Source: Paraspadella gotoi
Taxonomy: Eukaryota; Animalia; Chaetognatha
DNA: 8,155 nucleotides
NCBI GenBank assembly: GCA_051294375.1
Contig: JBJCIZ010000308.1
Coordinates: 1-8,155 of the forward strand
Reading direction: 5' to 3'
Shown: in pieces, positions 6,925 through 8,155 of the stretch
Numbering within the stretch: position 1 is the stretch's first letter
Layout: every line of letters begins with the position of its first letter
Made by a program: the position numbers and the translations under genes
The notes under the pieces: generated by a model
Seen by the model: only the letters and a program-made list of their open reading frames with translations
What the model was told of the DNA's origin: nothing
The model's database searches: none

Positions 6925-7991
6925 GGAAACTGGCGATAACACCCTGGTTCGCACTTCTTGGCGGCGTCTCCATATTTTCTGTGGTAGAAACAAATCTCAA
7001 CGCGTGTTGTTTTCGGTTGCTGCTGCTGCGGCTGTGGATGTGAAGTCGGTGCCTTCTCGGTATTCACCGGACGTCGAGAATTGTTCTGAGGGCGGCGATT
7101 AAATTGCCCGCTGCGTTGCCGATTGATGGCATTGACGTCGTCAAATGGTGGCGTCTCCTCCTGCATGAGAGGCGGGATGGGCGGCTGAACGGCGTAAACC
7201 GGATTGGGAACGGCGGGGTGAAGCATTTTCCCCTCTCTGTCGAAATAAGCATCGGCAAAGCGTGCAGCTGTCTCGGAGTCAACCGTCTCGACGCGCTCAG
7301 CAAGGCTGCGCTGCACCTCCGACGGCAATTCCCTGAGTAGAAGTTCCTTTAGGATGTCGTCGACGCTGACCTTACCCGCCTTTTCTTTCATGATGGCGAG
7401 CAATTGGGATGGGCGTCGTCCTTCACGGCGAGTGCCATCGATGAGGGAAGCGGCCTGTTGGGAACGCGTGCGGCCATATTCAGCTCGGAGATATTCGAGG
7501 AACTCGTTCCAACGTGTGTCGGTCGCGGCGCCGAACAAGTAGGCGTTGATACGCGGGTTAAAGTCCACTGAGAACTTGTCTTCGAGGTGGGCGAATCTCT
7601 CCTTCGCTGATGTCGTGCCGGCGCGCGTGTAAGCTGCTTCGATTCTTTGAATCCAGAGATCCACGTTGTCGGCGTCGAAGTCTGGAAGCTTTGGCTTCTT
7701 GATGGCGAGGCCTTGGAGCGACGCCGCGAGTGTGGCGGCGAGAGTGCGGACTAGTTCCGCCTGAGGGTTCGGGGCGTCTGCTGTCGCCATCTGGTCGACG
7801 TTGGGAGGAGTGGCAGGGAAAGGAAAGTTCGATTGAGAGGCGGTGAAGTTGGGGGATCGACGACCGCGTCCGAATCCCAAGCCTTGAGGAGGTGCGAGAT
7901 GGCCTGGTTGCTCGGGATGGCGTGGAGAGGCGTCGCCGGAGTCGCTAGGCTGCGCCAGGCGGGCGCGAGTGTTTCCGGCTGGTCCACTCAT
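6894..7991 (-). CDS. gag: Gag protein of the Ty3/Gypsy element (365 aa; alternative start ATG at 7788-7790)
   Basis: ATG-started ORF directly upstream of, and overlapping, the protease frame. KLPDFDADNVDLWIQRIEAAY and RRPSQLLAIMKEKA resemble the invertebrate Gypsy Gag (DUF7041-like) motifs, by recognition rather than search. C-terminal CFYHRKYGDAAKKCEPGC (C-x2-H-x9-C-x3-C) lies at 6939-6992. Confidence 0.9.
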   Translation of the reverse strand: MSGPAGNTRARLAQPSDSGDASPRHPEQPGHLAPPQGLGFGRGRRSPNFTASQSNFPFPATPPNVDQMATADAPNPQAELVRTLAATLAASLQGLAIKKPKLPDFDADNVDLWIQRIEAAYTRAGTTSAKERFAHLEDKFSVDFNPRINAYLFGAATDTRWNEFLEYLRAEYGRTRSQQAASLIDGTRREGRRPSQLLAIMKEKAGKVSVDDILKELLLRELPSEVQRSLAERVETVDSETAARFADAYFDREGKMLHPAVPNPVYAVQPPIPPLMQEETPPFDDVNAINRQRSGQFNRRPQNNSRRPVNTEKAPTSHPQPQQQQPKTTRVEICFYHRKYGDAAKKCEPGCYRQFPENGKAGGRR

Positions 7992-8155
7992 CCGACGATG
8001 TCGACGAGGAGTTGCGGTTTGCAGGGATGGAGGAGGAAAGCAGAGGATGAGAAATAGGCAAGCATAAACAGCTTAATTTCTAAGAAAAATTAAACTACAA
8101 CTTCAAGCGGGAGCAAGGGTACAAGAGGACGACATTAACGGATTCATTTTCCCTC

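Larger units (their letters stand above)
3210..8155 (-). mobile_element. Ty3/Gypsy-type LTR retrotransposon, internal region (gag-pol); 5' LTR/PBS outside the window, 3' boundary uncertain (may extend to ~2430-2810)
   Basis: Gag is followed by PR, RT (YIDD), RNase H (DAS...RELLA...TDHKSL...NVVADSLSR) and integrase (HHCC, D-D35-E, GPY). Integrase after RT/RNase H is the Ty3/Gypsy order, not Copia. No env ORF or chromodomain is visible. The segment is much more GC-rich than the left flank. Confidence 0.96.

Noticed and set aside
6925-6993. Independent TTG start for the 245-aa protease ORF
   Set aside because: It overlaps the gag zinc-knuckle codons upstream of the slippery site; the frame is simply open there.
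3489-8057. Many short overlapping ORFs on both strands inside the element (e.g. poly-E 3489..3674, poly-R 3514..3819, 4346..4747, 6722..7102)
   Set aside because: Shadow frames of GC-rich gag/pol and the GGA repeat, with no independent coding evidence.
7992-8155. Primer-binding site or 5' LTR end upstream of gag
   Set aside because: No CA followed by a TGG-initiated tRNA-complementary tract is visible on the minus strand; this is probably 5' UTR, with the PBS beyond the window.

Overview
This looks like eukaryotic DNA in two parts. The right ~5 kb (about 3210-8155, GC-rich) is the internal region of a Ty3/Gypsy (Metaviridae) LTR retrotransposon on the minus strand. It carries gag (7991->6894), a well-formed -1 frameshift cassette (G_GAA_AAC, 5-nt spacer, 14-bp GC hairpin) and pol in the order protease-RT-RNase H-integrase. 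Pol has an atypical DGG protease motif and two proline-rich insertions. It is broken by a TGA at 6256-6258 that two compensating 1-nt indels explain, and is probably shortened by a third indel near 3531-3537. The 5' LTR and PBS lie outside the window, and only a weak PPT/3' LTR candidate is visible near 2810. The left ~3.2 kb is AT-rich and non-coding. It holds a degenerate ~12-nt array (CCAAATCCTTAA, telomere-like), a ~38-nt minisatellite and two degenerate fold-back regions. Its indel-dominated noise suggests poorly polished long-read sequence. I see no evidence for a new multi-gene system.
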